From Dehalococcoidia bacterium (GTDB taxonomy: Bacteria; Chloroflexota; Dehalococcoidia; Bin125), in the NCBI GenBank assembly GCA_965261715.1, contig OZ253471.1, positions 2,621,422 to 2,685,421 on the forward strand: DNA of 64,000 nucleotides. The letters are read 5' to 3'. Of this stretch, positions 46,007-54,929 are shown piece by piece (within the stretch, counting starts at the first letter, position 1; every line of letters starts with the position of its first letter). Position numbers and translations under genes: made by a program. The notes under the pieces are model-generated. The model was not told the origin of the DNA and ran no database searches. It was given only the letters and a program-made list of their open reading frames with translations.

Positions 46007-47314
46007 ATGCCTGACCTACGAGATTTCTGTGATCGACTGTGGCGCGGTGAGATCGACACGATTCACGAGGCGCACCCGGTGACCTCGACGTGGAACAACC
46101 GCGAGCCGGAGGAACTGGACGACGGCTTCCTCTACATCAAGTCGGCGGCGTCGATGAACACGATTGACACCGGCGACGGTCTGGTGATGCTGGACACGGG
46201 CACTGCGCGGGACGCGGAGGGCCTGTACTCGGCCGTTCGCGGTTGGCGTCCGGATACTCCTCTGCGGGCAGCCGTCTTTTCCCATCACCATGTCGACCAC
46301 ATCTTCGGCGTGAACAAGTTCGACGAGGAGGCGGCCGAGAAGGGTCAGTCGCGGCCGGTTGTCTATGGCCAGCGCCACATCCCGGCTCATTTCGATCGCT
46401 ATAAGCGGACGGTCGGCTACAACACAGCGATCAACTCTCGGCAGTTCATCCGTCCCGGCATGGACGCGACTCAGGTTCGCCTGCCCTGGCCGGATCAGTT
46501 TCGCTACCCGGACGTGACCTTCGACAACACGGTCCGGTTTGCCGTCGGCGACCTGACCTTTGAGGTCACGCATACGCGCGGCGAGACGGAGGATGCCGCC
46601 TGGACCTGGGTTCCTGAGCGTAAGTGGCTCTTTCCCGGCGACCTGTTTATCTGGGCGGTGCCGAATGCCGGCAATCCGCAGAAGGTGCAGCGCTGGGTCG
46701 GCGAGTGGGCGGAGGGACTGCGACAGATGGCGGGCAAGGGCGCTGAAGTCATGAGTCCGGGTCACGGCTTCCCGATCTTTGGCGCGGACCGCGTCGCCGA
46801 GGCGCTGAACGACACGGCCGACCTGCTCGATGAGATCGAGAATCAGACGCTGGCGTTGATGAACCTGGGCTACACGCTGGATCGTGTGTTGCACTCAATC
46901 GAGATGCCGCAGCGATTGTTGGGCAAGCCCTGGCTGCGGTCGGCCTACGACCATCCCGAGTTCATCGTGCACAGCGTCTGGCGCTACTACGGAGGCTGGT
47001 ACGAAGGTGAGCCGGATCGTCTGTTGCCTGCGCCGCGTTCGGCGGAAGCTGCCGAGTGGGTCACATTGGCCGGTGGTCTGCAGCCGGTGATGGATCGGGC
47101 TCGGGCGCACATGCAGAACGGCAATCTGCAGCTGGCTTGTCACTTGATCGAGGGGGCGGCGCTGGCTGCGCCGAACAGCCCTGATGTGCATGGTCTGAGG
47201 GCGGAAATCTATGACGCCAGGGCGAATGAACAGGACTCGTCAATGGCACGGGGGATCTTTGCGTTCGCCGCGTCGTCGAGCCGGAACGGCAAGCGGGACG
47301 TGTTCAATCCGTAG
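46007..47314 (+). CDS. MBL-fold metallo-hydrolase, alkyl/aryl-sulfatase (BDS1/SdsA1-like) type without the C-terminal SCP2 domain
   Basis: HxHxDH FSHHHVDHIFG; downstream region with alkyl-sulfatase dimerisation-domain-like patterns; start taken at MPDLRDF. Confidence 0.5.
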   Translation: MPDLRDFCDRLWRGEIDTIHEAHPVTSTWNNREPEELDDGFLYIKSAASMNTIDTGDGLVMLDTGTARDAEGLYSAVRGWRPDTPLRAAVFSHHHVDHIFGVNKFDEEAAEKGQSRPVVYGQRHIPAHFDRYKRTVGYNTAINSRQFIRPGMDATQVRLPWPDQFRYPDVTFDNTVRFAVGDLTFEVTHTRGETEDAAWTWVPERKWLFPGDLFIWAVPNAGNPQKVQRWVGEWAEGLRQMAGKGAEVMSPGHGFPIFGADRVAEALNDTADLLDEIENQTLALMNLGYTLDRVLHSIEMPQRLLGKPWLRSAYDHPEFIVHSVWRYYGGWYEGEPDRLLPAPRSAEAAEWVTLAGGLQPVMDRARAHMQNGNLQLACHLIEGAALAAPNSPDVHGLRAEIYDARANEQDSSMARGIFAFAASSSRNGKRDVFNP

Positions 47315-47349
47315 GCCGTCTCTTCCCGGGTTAGTCGCAATCCGCCTAC

Positions 47350-47510
47350 TTCCGTCATACCCGCGCTTGCCGCGGGTATCTCGCTGCGAGCAGCAAGAAT
47401 GCCAAGTACTAGCCAAGCGACTCGGGGGCGGACAATTTACTCGGGAACTAACGTCGGTGCAGAACTCGGCGAGATTCCCGCGGCGGAGCGCGGGTATGAC
47501 GATGAAACGA
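47350..47510. repeat. pair of family D hairpins in inverted orientation (MITE-like)
   Basis: cttccgtcatacccgcgcttgccgcgggtatctcgc ... gagattcccgcggcggagcgcgggtatgacgatg. Confidence 0.6.
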
Positions 47511-47540
47511 TGGCTGAGCGATACGTAATGTGAGCTAATC

Positions 47541-48206
47541 CTAAAGCAACCGTTCAGTGCGGAAGTGATGGGCGGCGAACGCGGTTCCAACTGAGATCTG
47601 GATCATCGCCCGATCGTTGATCAGTTCGTTTGAAGTGCCCTCGTTCAGACCTCGGATGAATGTCGCATCCTGGAGCGGCCACTTGAGGCCGACTGTTGTG
47701 ATGCCTTCGACCGTCTCGCTGACGGCGGTGATGGTCACGTAGTCGCCGATGTTTCCCTGGAAGTGGGCCTGCGAGACTCCGTCTCCGTTGAGCACGGTGA
47801 GGGCGGTCCAGCCGTCGACGGTCCAGGTGGGGGTCTGGCGCAGGCTGGGATGCGTGAGCAGGTAGAGGTTGGCGACGGCGTGGTCGTAGCGCGGGCCTCC
47901 GAAGAGACCGACGATGATGATGCTGGTTGCGCCTCGTTTGAGGGCGTATTCGATGGCGACGTCGCCGTCGGTGCGCTGTTCTGGATCGGGGTGATGCTCG
48001 AACTCGACGCCGACCGATTTGAGATGGAAGAGGTCTTCGCCCGCGAGCGAGTCGAAGTCGCCGATTACGACGTGCGGCAGGATGCCGAGTTTGCGCAGGC
48101 GATTTGCGCCGCTGTCGGCGGCGACGATCAGGCCTGCGCCGTTGAGCGCGCTGCGGACGAGAGGAGAATCGTGGATCTCGCCCGCCAGCGCGACAACGGC
48201 TTGCAC
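47541..48206 (-). CDS. thiamine pyrophosphokinase
   Basis: VVIGDFDSL, GGPRYDHAVAN and the C-terminal thiamin-binding domain pattern; 221 aa. Confidence 0.7.
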   Translation of the reverse strand: MQAVVALAGEIHDSPLVRSALNGAGLIVAADSGANRLRKLGILPHVVIGDFDSLAGEDLFHLKSVGVEFEHHPDPEQRTDGDVAIEYALKRGATSIIIVGLFGGPRYDHAVANLYLLTHPSLRQTPTWTVDGWTALTVLNGDGVSQAHFQGNIGDYVTITAVSETVEGITTVGLKWPLQDATFIRGLNEGTSNELINDRAMIQISVGTAFAAHHFRTERLL

Positions 48207-48236
48207 TGCTCTCTTCGTTCTCTTCTGAGAACGCGA

Positions 48237-49499
48237 CTAGTCAGCGACTGGTTCTGCTTCGGCCTTGGCTCCTGTGCCGTTGCTCGACGCCTCGGCGCCG
48301 TTGGCTTCGGCAGCGGCAGCTTCCTGAGCCTCACGCATCGCCTCGGGCAGTTCCTTGCCGGCGTCGGCGAAGGCTTTAGCCATCGCTTTGGCGCCTGCGC
48401 CGAAGATGTCGAGCTGGCGGTCTTCGACGAAGTCGCGCGAGGCGACGAGTCGGTCGAGCTGGCCCTGGTACTTCGGCGCGACGTAGCGCATCAGCAACTC
48501 AAAGCTGCGATTGGTGGCGTCAGTCGAAGCCCACTCATGGTGCATGCCCAGCAGCCCACCGATGCCGCCGGAGCGCTCGTGCATCGCCTCGATCTGGTCG
48601 ACGGCGTCCTCGGGCGAACCGACAATCACCATGTTCTTGTCGATCGCTTCCTCGATCGTGTCGGCCATCTGCAAGGAGATGCCACCGCGGCGGCCGGGAT
48701 CGCGAACGTCGCCAACGTAGGCGCGCTTGAGGAAGCCGGCGCGCACATCCTCGATTGCCTGGGCTCGGGTTTCAGCGACGTGGATCGCGGTGACGACGCG
48801 CCAGTTCTTGCGCGAGACCTCGTGGCCGTTCTCTACTGCGGCCTCTTCGTACCAATCCCAGACATTCTTCATGCCCTCGGAGTCGGCGCCAGCGACGGAG
48901 AGCAGGCTGGCGCCGTGCTTGCCGGCGAGCTGTGGCCCAGACGGCGTGAGGATCACGGCGACGGCCAGCTCGGGATGCGGGTCGGAGTACCAGGCCATCT
49001 GCAGTCGAGCCTCGGTTAGCGAGAACCAGTCGGTCTCAATCGAGACGGGCTCGTCGTCGCGGGCGAGCTGGACGATGGCGTCGAACGCCTCGGCCATGCG
49101 CTTGCGCTGCGTCGTGGGTTCGATGCCCATTTGCACCGCGTCGGAGGTCAGCGCGCCGGGTCCAACGCCCAACATCACGCGGCCACGGGTCATGTGGTCG
49201 AGTTGGAGCAGGTCGTCGGCGATCATCAGCGGGTTGTGGTACGGCAGCGAGACGACGCCGGTGCCCAGCTTGATGTGCTTGGTGCGCTCGGCCAGTGCGG
49301 CGATGAAAATCATCGGGTTGGAGATGGTCTCGCGGGCAAAGGAGTGGTGCTCGCCAATCCAGGCCTCGTCGTAGCCGAGGTTGTCGAGGTGCTCAATCAG
49401 CTCGACATCGCGCTGGAGCGCGAGGGTGGGATGCTCGCCGACACGGTGGAATGGAGCGAGGAAGAGTCCAAATTTCATGCGCTTGGGTCGCCAGGACAT
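48237..49499 (-). CDS. LLM-class flavin-dependent oxidoreductase with Ala-rich C-terminal tail
   Basis: MKFGLFLAPFH..., HIKLGTGV LLM signatures; start taken at MSWRP/MKFGL; the table ORF extension reads into a repeat. Confidence 0.7.
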   Translation of the reverse strand: MSWRPKRMKFGLFLAPFHRVGEHPTLALQRDVELIEHLDNLGYDEAWIGEHHSFARETISNPMIFIAALAERTKHIKLGTGVVSLPYHNPLMIADDLLQLDHMTRGRVMLGVGPGALTSDAVQMGIEPTTQRKRMAEAFDAIVQLARDDEPVSIETDWFSLTEARLQMAWYSDPHPELAVAVILTPSGPQLAGKHGASLLSVAGADSEGMKNVWDWYEEAAVENGHEVSRKNWRVVTAIHVAETRAQAIEDVRAGFLKRAYVGDVRDPGRRGGISLQMADTIEEAIDKNMVIVGSPEDAVDQIEAMHERSGGIGGLLGMHHEWASTDATNRSFELLMRYVAPKYQGQLDRLVASRDFVEDRQLDIFGAGAKAMAKAFADAGKELPEAMREAQEAAAAEANGAEASSNGTGAKAEAEPVAD

Positions 49500-49559
49500 G
49501 GTGATGCGTCCGTTTCTATCGGGTGCGGGATCGTATGAGTTTGAGGATAGCGGTGTCAA

Positions 49560-50060
49560 CGAACGAATCGCTGAATGGGTGGCAACCCGTCCCCGCCTCC
49601 GAGCGGGGACCCGTTCGGGGGCGAGAGGCAATGGCGTCGTGATCACTCGCCACCGGATATGCACCACCCCCTGGCCGTTTGGCCTGCGGGGATGGGGGCA
49701 GGTCGCCGCTCGGGGGCGAGGACGGGGAAACGGCAGCGCTGGAGTTTCTCAAGGGTCTCCGCAAGGGGGGGGGAGAGAGACTCGACTCATGAGTTTTGCG
49801 ACAGCTTCCTACACAAGGGGCTGAGGGGGAGTGGGCGTGCTCTCCTTCGCGCGGGGCGGGGGACCCCCTCCGCTGCTTCGCAGCACCTCCCCCTGCAAGA
49901 GACCAATGCGTAACTCCCCTTCTCCCCCCTTGCGGGGGAGATGCCGCAGGCTGGGGGGTGTCTCCCTATCGCAAGGCCTATCTGGTCGCTGGCGGCGGAC
50001 CCCCCCCTGTCACTCCGTGACATCTCCCCCCGCAAGGAGACCTTTGAAAAACTCTGGAGG
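49560..50060. repeat. repeat-rich region: family C hairpin plus several family B MITE units
   Basis: gtccccgcctccgagcggggac at ~49598; ...tgcgggggagatgccgcaggctggggggtg...ccccctgtcactccgtgacatctccccccgcaaggagacctttgaaaaactc. Confidence 0.7.
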
Positions 50061-50062
50061 AT

Positions 50063-51209
50063 GAGCGATCATAGGCGTATTGGTTCGAGTTGCTGAGGGA
50101 GCGCGTGATGCATCGCAATATGGGACAGCGGTCGTTGGCGGAGGCCTGGTTGCCGGAGCGACTGGGGAGCAATCGCCGCCTGGAGGGCGTCAACGAGGTG
50201 GTCGACTGGAGCTGTTTTGAGCGCTTGTTGGCCGAGATTCACTCGGCCCGCACGGGTCGCCCCAGCTATCCGCCGTTGCTGATGTGCAAGGTCCTGCTGC
50301 TGCAGCAGTGGTACAACCTGAGCGATGTCGAGCTGGAGGAGGCGTTGGCCGACCGGCTCTCGTTCCGCCGCTGCGTCGGTCTGGGTCTGGAGGACCCGAC
50401 GCCGGACCACTCGACGATGAGCCGTTTCCGCGAGACGCTGGTCGAGCGCGGTCTGGGCCAGGCGCTGCTGGCCGAGTTCGAGCGCCAGTTGGACGAGCGC
50501 GGCCTGTTGCTCAAGCAGGGCACGCTGCTGGACGCGAGTGTGGTCGAGGCGCAGGTGCGGCGGCCGCCGCACGCGGCCGGCCGGGGGGCGCGGCACGCGC
50601 GCGACCCGGAGGCGAGCTGGACGGCGACCGGGACCCGGCGCGGCCGGCGCTCGTGGTTCGGCTACAAGATTCACTGCGGGGTGGATCTGGGCAGCGGCTT
50701 CGTGCGGCGCGCCTTCCTAACCCCGGCCAACATCAATGAAAGCGAGGTGGCGGACACACTGATCTGCGCTGACGAGCGTGCGGTCTACGCGGACAAGGCG
50801 TATGACTCGAAGCGGCGCCGTCAGCGGCTGCGCGGGCGTGGGGTCAAGGACCGGATCAAGCATCGGGCGAACAAGTGGCATCCGCAGCTGCCGCACTGGC
50901 AGGAGCGGCGCAATCAGCTGATCGAACCGCGGCGCAGCGCCGTGGAGCGGCTCTTCGGCACGCTCAAGCGCAGTTACGGCTACCGGCGCGTGCGCTGTCG
51001 CGGCGTGGCCCGCAACGAACTGGAGCTGTGCGTCAAAGTGCTCGCCTACAACCTGCGCAAGGCGGACCAGTTGAGCGCCGCGGCCGCCTGAAGTCGAAGC
51101 GACAAGCGGCCGGCCGCGGCAGGCCGGCCGCGGCAGACCGGCCACGACCGCCCCCACCCGGCGACCGACGCGACCGGCGCGCAAAGTAGACCAAGCAAAT
51201 CACTCGCTC
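50063..51209 (+). mobile_element. IS5-family insertion sequence (~1.15 kb) with imperfect terminal inverted repeats
   Basis: left end gagcgatcataggcgtattgg versus right end (reverse complement) gagcgagtgatttgcttgg; a single transposase gene inside; boundaries approximate. Confidence 0.55.
50090..51091 (+). CDS. IS5-family DDE transposase
   Basis: LLMCKVLLLQQWYNLSDVELEEALADRLSFRRCVGL closely parallels the IS5 N-terminal region; DDE_Tnp_1-type C-terminal part; 333 aa. Confidence 0.85.
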   Translation: MLRERVMHRNMGQRSLAEAWLPERLGSNRRLEGVNEVVDWSCFERLLAEIHSARTGRPSYPPLLMCKVLLLQQWYNLSDVELEEALADRLSFRRCVGLGLEDPTPDHSTMSRFRETLVERGLGQALLAEFERQLDERGLLLKQGTLLDASVVEAQVRRPPHAAGRGARHARDPEASWTATGTRRGRRSWFGYKIHCGVDLGSGFVRRAFLTPANINESEVADTLICADERAVYADKAYDSKRRRQRLRGRGVKDRIKHRANKWHPQLPHWQERRNQLIEPRRSAVERLFGTLKRSYGYRRVRCRGVARNELELCVKVLAYNLRKADQLSAAAA

Positions 51210-51274
51210 ACGCCAGCTTCAACCAGGTGACCCAATCCACTCCCCGTCCAAAGTCACCAACAACAGCAGTTATT

Positions 51275-51422
51275 CAAAGGTCTCCGCAAGGGGGGGGGGG
51301 GAGAGAGAGAGAGGGGAACTGAGAGTTTTGCAAAGGTCTCTGCAAGGGGGAGGATTGAGGGGCGGCCAGAGGCAGGACTGGCGAACGCAGAGACCAAGCG
51401 GGTCCCGGCTCGGGGGCCGGGA
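51275..51422. repeat. MITE family B fragment plus family C hairpin (gggtcccggctcgggggccgggac)
   Basis: ttcaaaggtctccgcaagggggggggg...gaactgagagttttgcaaaggtctc; the hairpin lies at 51396-51422. Confidence 0.6.
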
Positions 51423-51463
51423 CTGGGAGATATTCGACAGCCTCCGTCGGCGGGGACTGGAGG

Positions 51464-52423
51464 TTAGCCGAGGACCTCGGGATTGACGATCGCCTCGGGA
51501 CGGTTGCCATTGACGACGTTTACGACGTTCCGAGTCGCCAGGGCTCTCATCGCGTAGCGCGTTTCTTCGGTCGCGGTGCCGATGTGGGGGAAGGTGATCA
51601 CGTTGGGCAGCTTGACGATTGGCTCGTCGGGGTCGGGCGGTTCGTCCTCGAGCACGTCGAGGCCCGCGCCGGCGATCTGGTTGGCGACGAGGGCGTCGTG
51701 GAGGGCCTTCTGGTCGACGGCGGGGCCTCGCGAGGTGTTGATCAGGTAGGCGGTCGGTTTCATCAGCGCGATCTCGCGCGCGCCGATCATGTGGCGCGAG
51801 GCCTGGTTAAGGTCGGTGTGGACGCTGACGAAGTCGGACTCAGCCAGCAGTTCGTCGAGTGTTCGCTTCTCAGCAGGCGGCGCGTCGGCCGGCGGGTTGT
51901 CGTAGATGTCGTACCAGATCGCCTTCATGCCGGCGAAGTTCGCGCGACGCGCGACTTCCTGGCCGATCCGTCCGAATCCGACGATGCCAATCGTCTTGCC
52001 CAGCGGGTCGTTGGCCAGCCCGGGATACGGCTCACGGCGTCCCCAGCCGCCGGAGCGGTTGTAGGCCTCGAACTCCATCAGGTGCCGCGAGAGCATTAGC
52101 AGGAAGGCCATGGTCAGGTCGGCGACGGCGGCGCTGAGGACTCCCGGCGTGTTGCAGAGCGCGACGCCGTTGGCGGTCAGGAAGGGCACATCGAATGCAT
52201 CAAAGCCGACTGAGGTCGTGGCTACGACCTTCAGGTCGGGCGCGAGGTCGACGACCTGCTGGTCGATCTTGACGAGCGGATTGAGCAGCACGCCGTCCGC
52301 ATCTTTGACGGCTTCGATAAACGCGCCGCGGTCGCGTCCGTCAACGACGCGTACATCGCCGGCGGCAGCGAGCATGTCGTGGAGTTCATCTTCAATCGGC
52401 ACGGCCTGGACGATGGTGGTCAT
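51464..52423 (-). CDS. D-isomer-specific 2-hydroxyacid dehydrogenase (glyoxylate/hydroxypyruvate reductase-like)
   Basis: NAD-binding GIVGFGRIGQEVARRA; catalytic R/E/H pattern; 319 aa. Confidence 0.8.
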   Translation of the reverse strand: MTTIVQAVPIEDELHDMLAAAGDVRVVDGRDRGAFIEAVKDADGVLLNPLVKIDQQVVDLAPDLKVVATTSVGFDAFDVPFLTANGVALCNTPGVLSAAVADLTMAFLLMLSRHLMEFEAYNRSGGWGRREPYPGLANDPLGKTIGIVGFGRIGQEVARRANFAGMKAIWYDIYDNPPADAPPAEKRTLDELLAESDFVSVHTDLNQASRHMIGAREIALMKPTAYLINTSRGPAVDQKALHDALVANQIAGAGLDVLEDEPPDPDEPIVKLPNVITFPHIGTATEETRYAMRALATRNVVNVVNGNRPEAIVNPEVLG

Positions 52424-52475
52424 GGTTGGGGCTTTCGTTGTTGATGTTGCTGGCTGAATGGTAGGACAGGTCCAG

Positions 52476-52593
52476 AGAGCTCCCCCTCTGGGGGAGCTCC
52501 CGCGCAGCGGGTGAGGGGCCCGGCTCGGCGTCGTGCAGATGGCGGGCGGCCCCCTCAGTCACTTCGTGACAGCTCCCCCAAAGGGGGAGCTCT
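52476..52593. repeat. MITE family B variant (agctcc subtype), complete
   Basis: agagctccccctctgggggagctccc...gccccctcagtcacttcgtgacagctcccccaaagggggagctct. Confidence 0.7.
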
Positions 52594-52601
52594 TGAACCC
52601 T

Positions 52602-53621
52602 CTAATGCGTTTCTAGCCGATACACCCTCAGCGCGGTGTCGTGGAACATCGCGTTCTTCTCGTCTGCGGGGTAATCGGCGACGAGCTTGAAGAACTGGTT
52701 GTACATGTTCGTGTAGCTGCAGGAGGCCTTGTCGACCGGGAAGTTGCTTTCGAACATGCAGCGGTCGGGGCCGAACGACTGGATGGTGTGCTCGTACCAG
52801 CGACGGTTTGCTTCCAACATCTCGTCGGAGGATGGCGCCCGCTCCTGCTCGTGCCAGCCGAAGCCGTTGATCACCATCTGGATTCCGCCTACTTTTGCGA
52901 CGACGTTCTCACAGGTTGCGAGTTCAGTGATTGATTCTCGCCACTCGGCGAACACATCGTCGTGGCGCCCCGCGTATGGACCGATACCGAGTGGGCCACC
53001 GAGGTGATTGAGGATGATGGTGGTGTCGGGGAAGGCGCGGGCGAGATCGGTCAGCTCAGGAATCTGCGGATGGTAGAGCCAGCCCTCGAAGCTGAGGTTT
53101 CGCTTGCCGAGCTCGGCGAAGCCCTCGCGGTAAGTCTCGTTGAGGTAGACGTGCGGTCCCGGCTCGATCCGCGAGTTGGGCACGTCGGGCGACAGGTCCC
53201 AGCTCGCGTGATGGCGGATGCCGCGGAATCGCGAACTGATCTCCATGTGCGCGTCGAGCACGTCGCCGACGGCAGCGCCGAGCATCAGGTTGGCGTGTCC
53301 GACGATGCCGGTGCAGGCGCGCATCTCGCCGTAGATGCCACTGGCGCTTTGTGCCGATACGCCCGCCACATACTCGGTCTCTCCGACCGGTCGCATGTGT
53401 TCTGGACCATCGGCGCGGTACATCGCACTGCACTCGATGAAAACTGTCTGGCGCACGTTCAGGTCGTTGGTGTCTTCCAACAACTCGTCGAGGAAATAGC
53501 GCAGCAGCCGTCCATCGGCTCGCCCATCCCAGAGATGGTGGTGCGGGTCGATGATTGGTTGGTCGGGGTCAAATGCAGGCTCGACCGTCGTGGCGAGCCA
53601 GTCAAAGTTGTCGGTAACCAT
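52602..53621 (-). CDS. amidohydrolase-2 family protein (ACMSD-like metal-dependent hydrolase/decarboxylase)
   Basis: IIDPHHHLW N-terminal metal-binding HxH; TIM-barrel pattern with downstream His/Asp. Confidence 0.7.
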   Translation of the reverse strand: MVTDNFDWLATTVEPAFDPDQPIIDPHHHLWDGRADGRLLRYFLDELLEDTNDLNVRQTVFIECSAMYRADGPEHMRPVGETEYVAGVSAQSASGIYGEMRACTGIVGHANLMLGAAVGDVLDAHMEISSRFRGIRHHASWDLSPDVPNSRIEPGPHVYLNETYREGFAELGKRNLSFEGWLYHPQIPELTDLARAFPDTTIILNHLGGPLGIGPYAGRHDDVFAEWRESITELATCENVVAKVGGIQMVINGFGWHEQERAPSSDEMLEANRRWYEHTIQSFGPDRCMFESNFPVDKASCSYTNMYNQFFKLVADYPADEKNAMFHDTALRVYRLETH

Positions 53622-53630
53622 CGTGAACTC

Positions 53631-54437
53631 CTATGCGTCGTCGATAAGGGCGCGGAGACCCTTGCCGAGCTCGGTGTAGCCCTGGTTGAGCAGGAAGCGG
53701 TCCCAGCCAATGCAGAAGTGCTTGACGCCGAGGTCGAGGTAGCGCTGCGCCTGCTCGACGGCGCCGATCTCAATGCGCGGCGCGACGCCGTACTCGATCG
53801 ACTTGGCAATCGTCTTCTCTTCGGCCTCGCGGATCTCCTCGGGATTGGGTCGCTCGTCGAACGAGAAGCCGTAGTCGGCGGGTCCCCATTGCGTCATGTC
53901 GACGCCGAGCTCTGCGGCGCGTTCGAGGATGGCGTCGATGTCTTCCAACGCGACGCGTTTCTCGATCATGATTACGGTCACGATCCCATCGAGGTCAGCG
54001 CCATAGTCGCCGGCGGAGTAGCCGGCGAGCGCCGGACGTCGGGTCTTGACGCCCATGTGGCCGCCCAGGTCGCCGAGCGTGCTGGGCTTGTCAGGACGGA
54101 TGGCCTGCATCGCGAGGTCGACGTCGTCGGGTGTGCGGATGTCGGTGTAGAGCATGGCTTTGAAGCCGGCGCCGAGCGCGGCCTGGGCCCAGAAGGTCTG
54201 GTTGGCCTGGTCGAGCTTGATCATCAGCGGCAGATCGCCGCACTGCGCCGCTCGGGCGAGGTGGTAGAGCGTCTTCATGTCGAAGGTCGAGTACTCGGCG
54301 ACATACTCGCCATAGTCGAACTGGCCGGTGTCGCCAATCAGCTCGGCAATATCGGGGTCGTTGAACAGGAAGTGGGTGCCGATCGTCGGTTCGCCGGCAT
54401 CGAGCTTCTCGCGAAAGGTGTTTGCAAGCACGGCCAT
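53631..54437 (-). CDS. HpcH/HpaI-family 2-keto-3-deoxy-acid aldolase
   Basis: 268-aa ORF; pattern of divalent-metal-dependent class II aldolase (LMIKLDQ..., VIMIE). Confidence 0.7.
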   Translation of the reverse strand: MAVLANTFREKLDAGEPTIGTHFLFNDPDIAELIGDTGQFDYGEYVAEYSTFDMKTLYHLARAAQCGDLPLMIKLDQANQTFWAQAALGAGFKAMLYTDIRTPDDVDLAMQAIRPDKPSTLGDLGGHMGVKTRRPALAGYSAGDYGADLDGIVTVIMIEKRVALEDIDAILERAAELGVDMTQWGPADYGFSFDERPNPEEIREAEEKTIAKSIEYGVAPRIEIGAVEQAQRYLDLGVKHFCIGWDRFLLNQGYTELGKGLRALIDDA

Positions 54438-54578
54438 AGGTTGGGTCTCCTTGGTTGAGATTCGTCAGTTGGTACGGAGGCTAGGTTAGACGCGGACTAC
54501 GCACGCCGTCGTCGGACGGGGTCGAGGCGCTCCCCAGTCCCCGCCACCGTGCGGGGACCAGCCCCCTTACCTCCTCAC

Positions 54579-54929
54579 CTATTGAATCGTCTGGATCGAG
54601 TAATCCATCTGCCGACGCTTGCACCAGCGTTGGGCAGCCTCCCGCTTTCGCTGAACCGAGTCCGAGTCAATCTGGTTGGAACCCTTAACCTCGATCAGCT
54701 CCACGCCTCCGTGGTTGTACTCCACCAGGAAATCCGGCCGATAGTTGTGACGCTTGCCCTTCGGATCGATCCAGGGGATCACGATGCCGTGCTTCTTCGT
54801 CCACTTGCGAACGATGTGATCAGCCTCCAGGCGCTCCATCATCTTGCGTTCTAGGCCGCTGTCGTAGACCTCGAAGTTGTAGGCGCTCTTGGTTGGATCC
54901 ATGAAGTTCCCGCGCTCAATCGTCGGCAT
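54579..54929 (-). CDS. small PD-(D/E)xK nuclease, VRR-NUC-like, last gene of the R-M-like operon
   Basis: 116-aa ORF; RPDFLVEYNHGGVELIEVKG (PD ... ExK) followed by ...QRKREAAQRW; start overlaps the helicase stop by 14 nt. Confidence 0.55.
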   Translation of the reverse strand: MPTIERGNFMDPTKSAYNFEVYDSGLERKMMERLEADHIVRKWTKKHGIVIPWIDPKGKRHNYRPDFLVEYNHGGVELIEVKGSNQIDSDSVQRKREAAQRWCKRRQMDYSIQTIQ

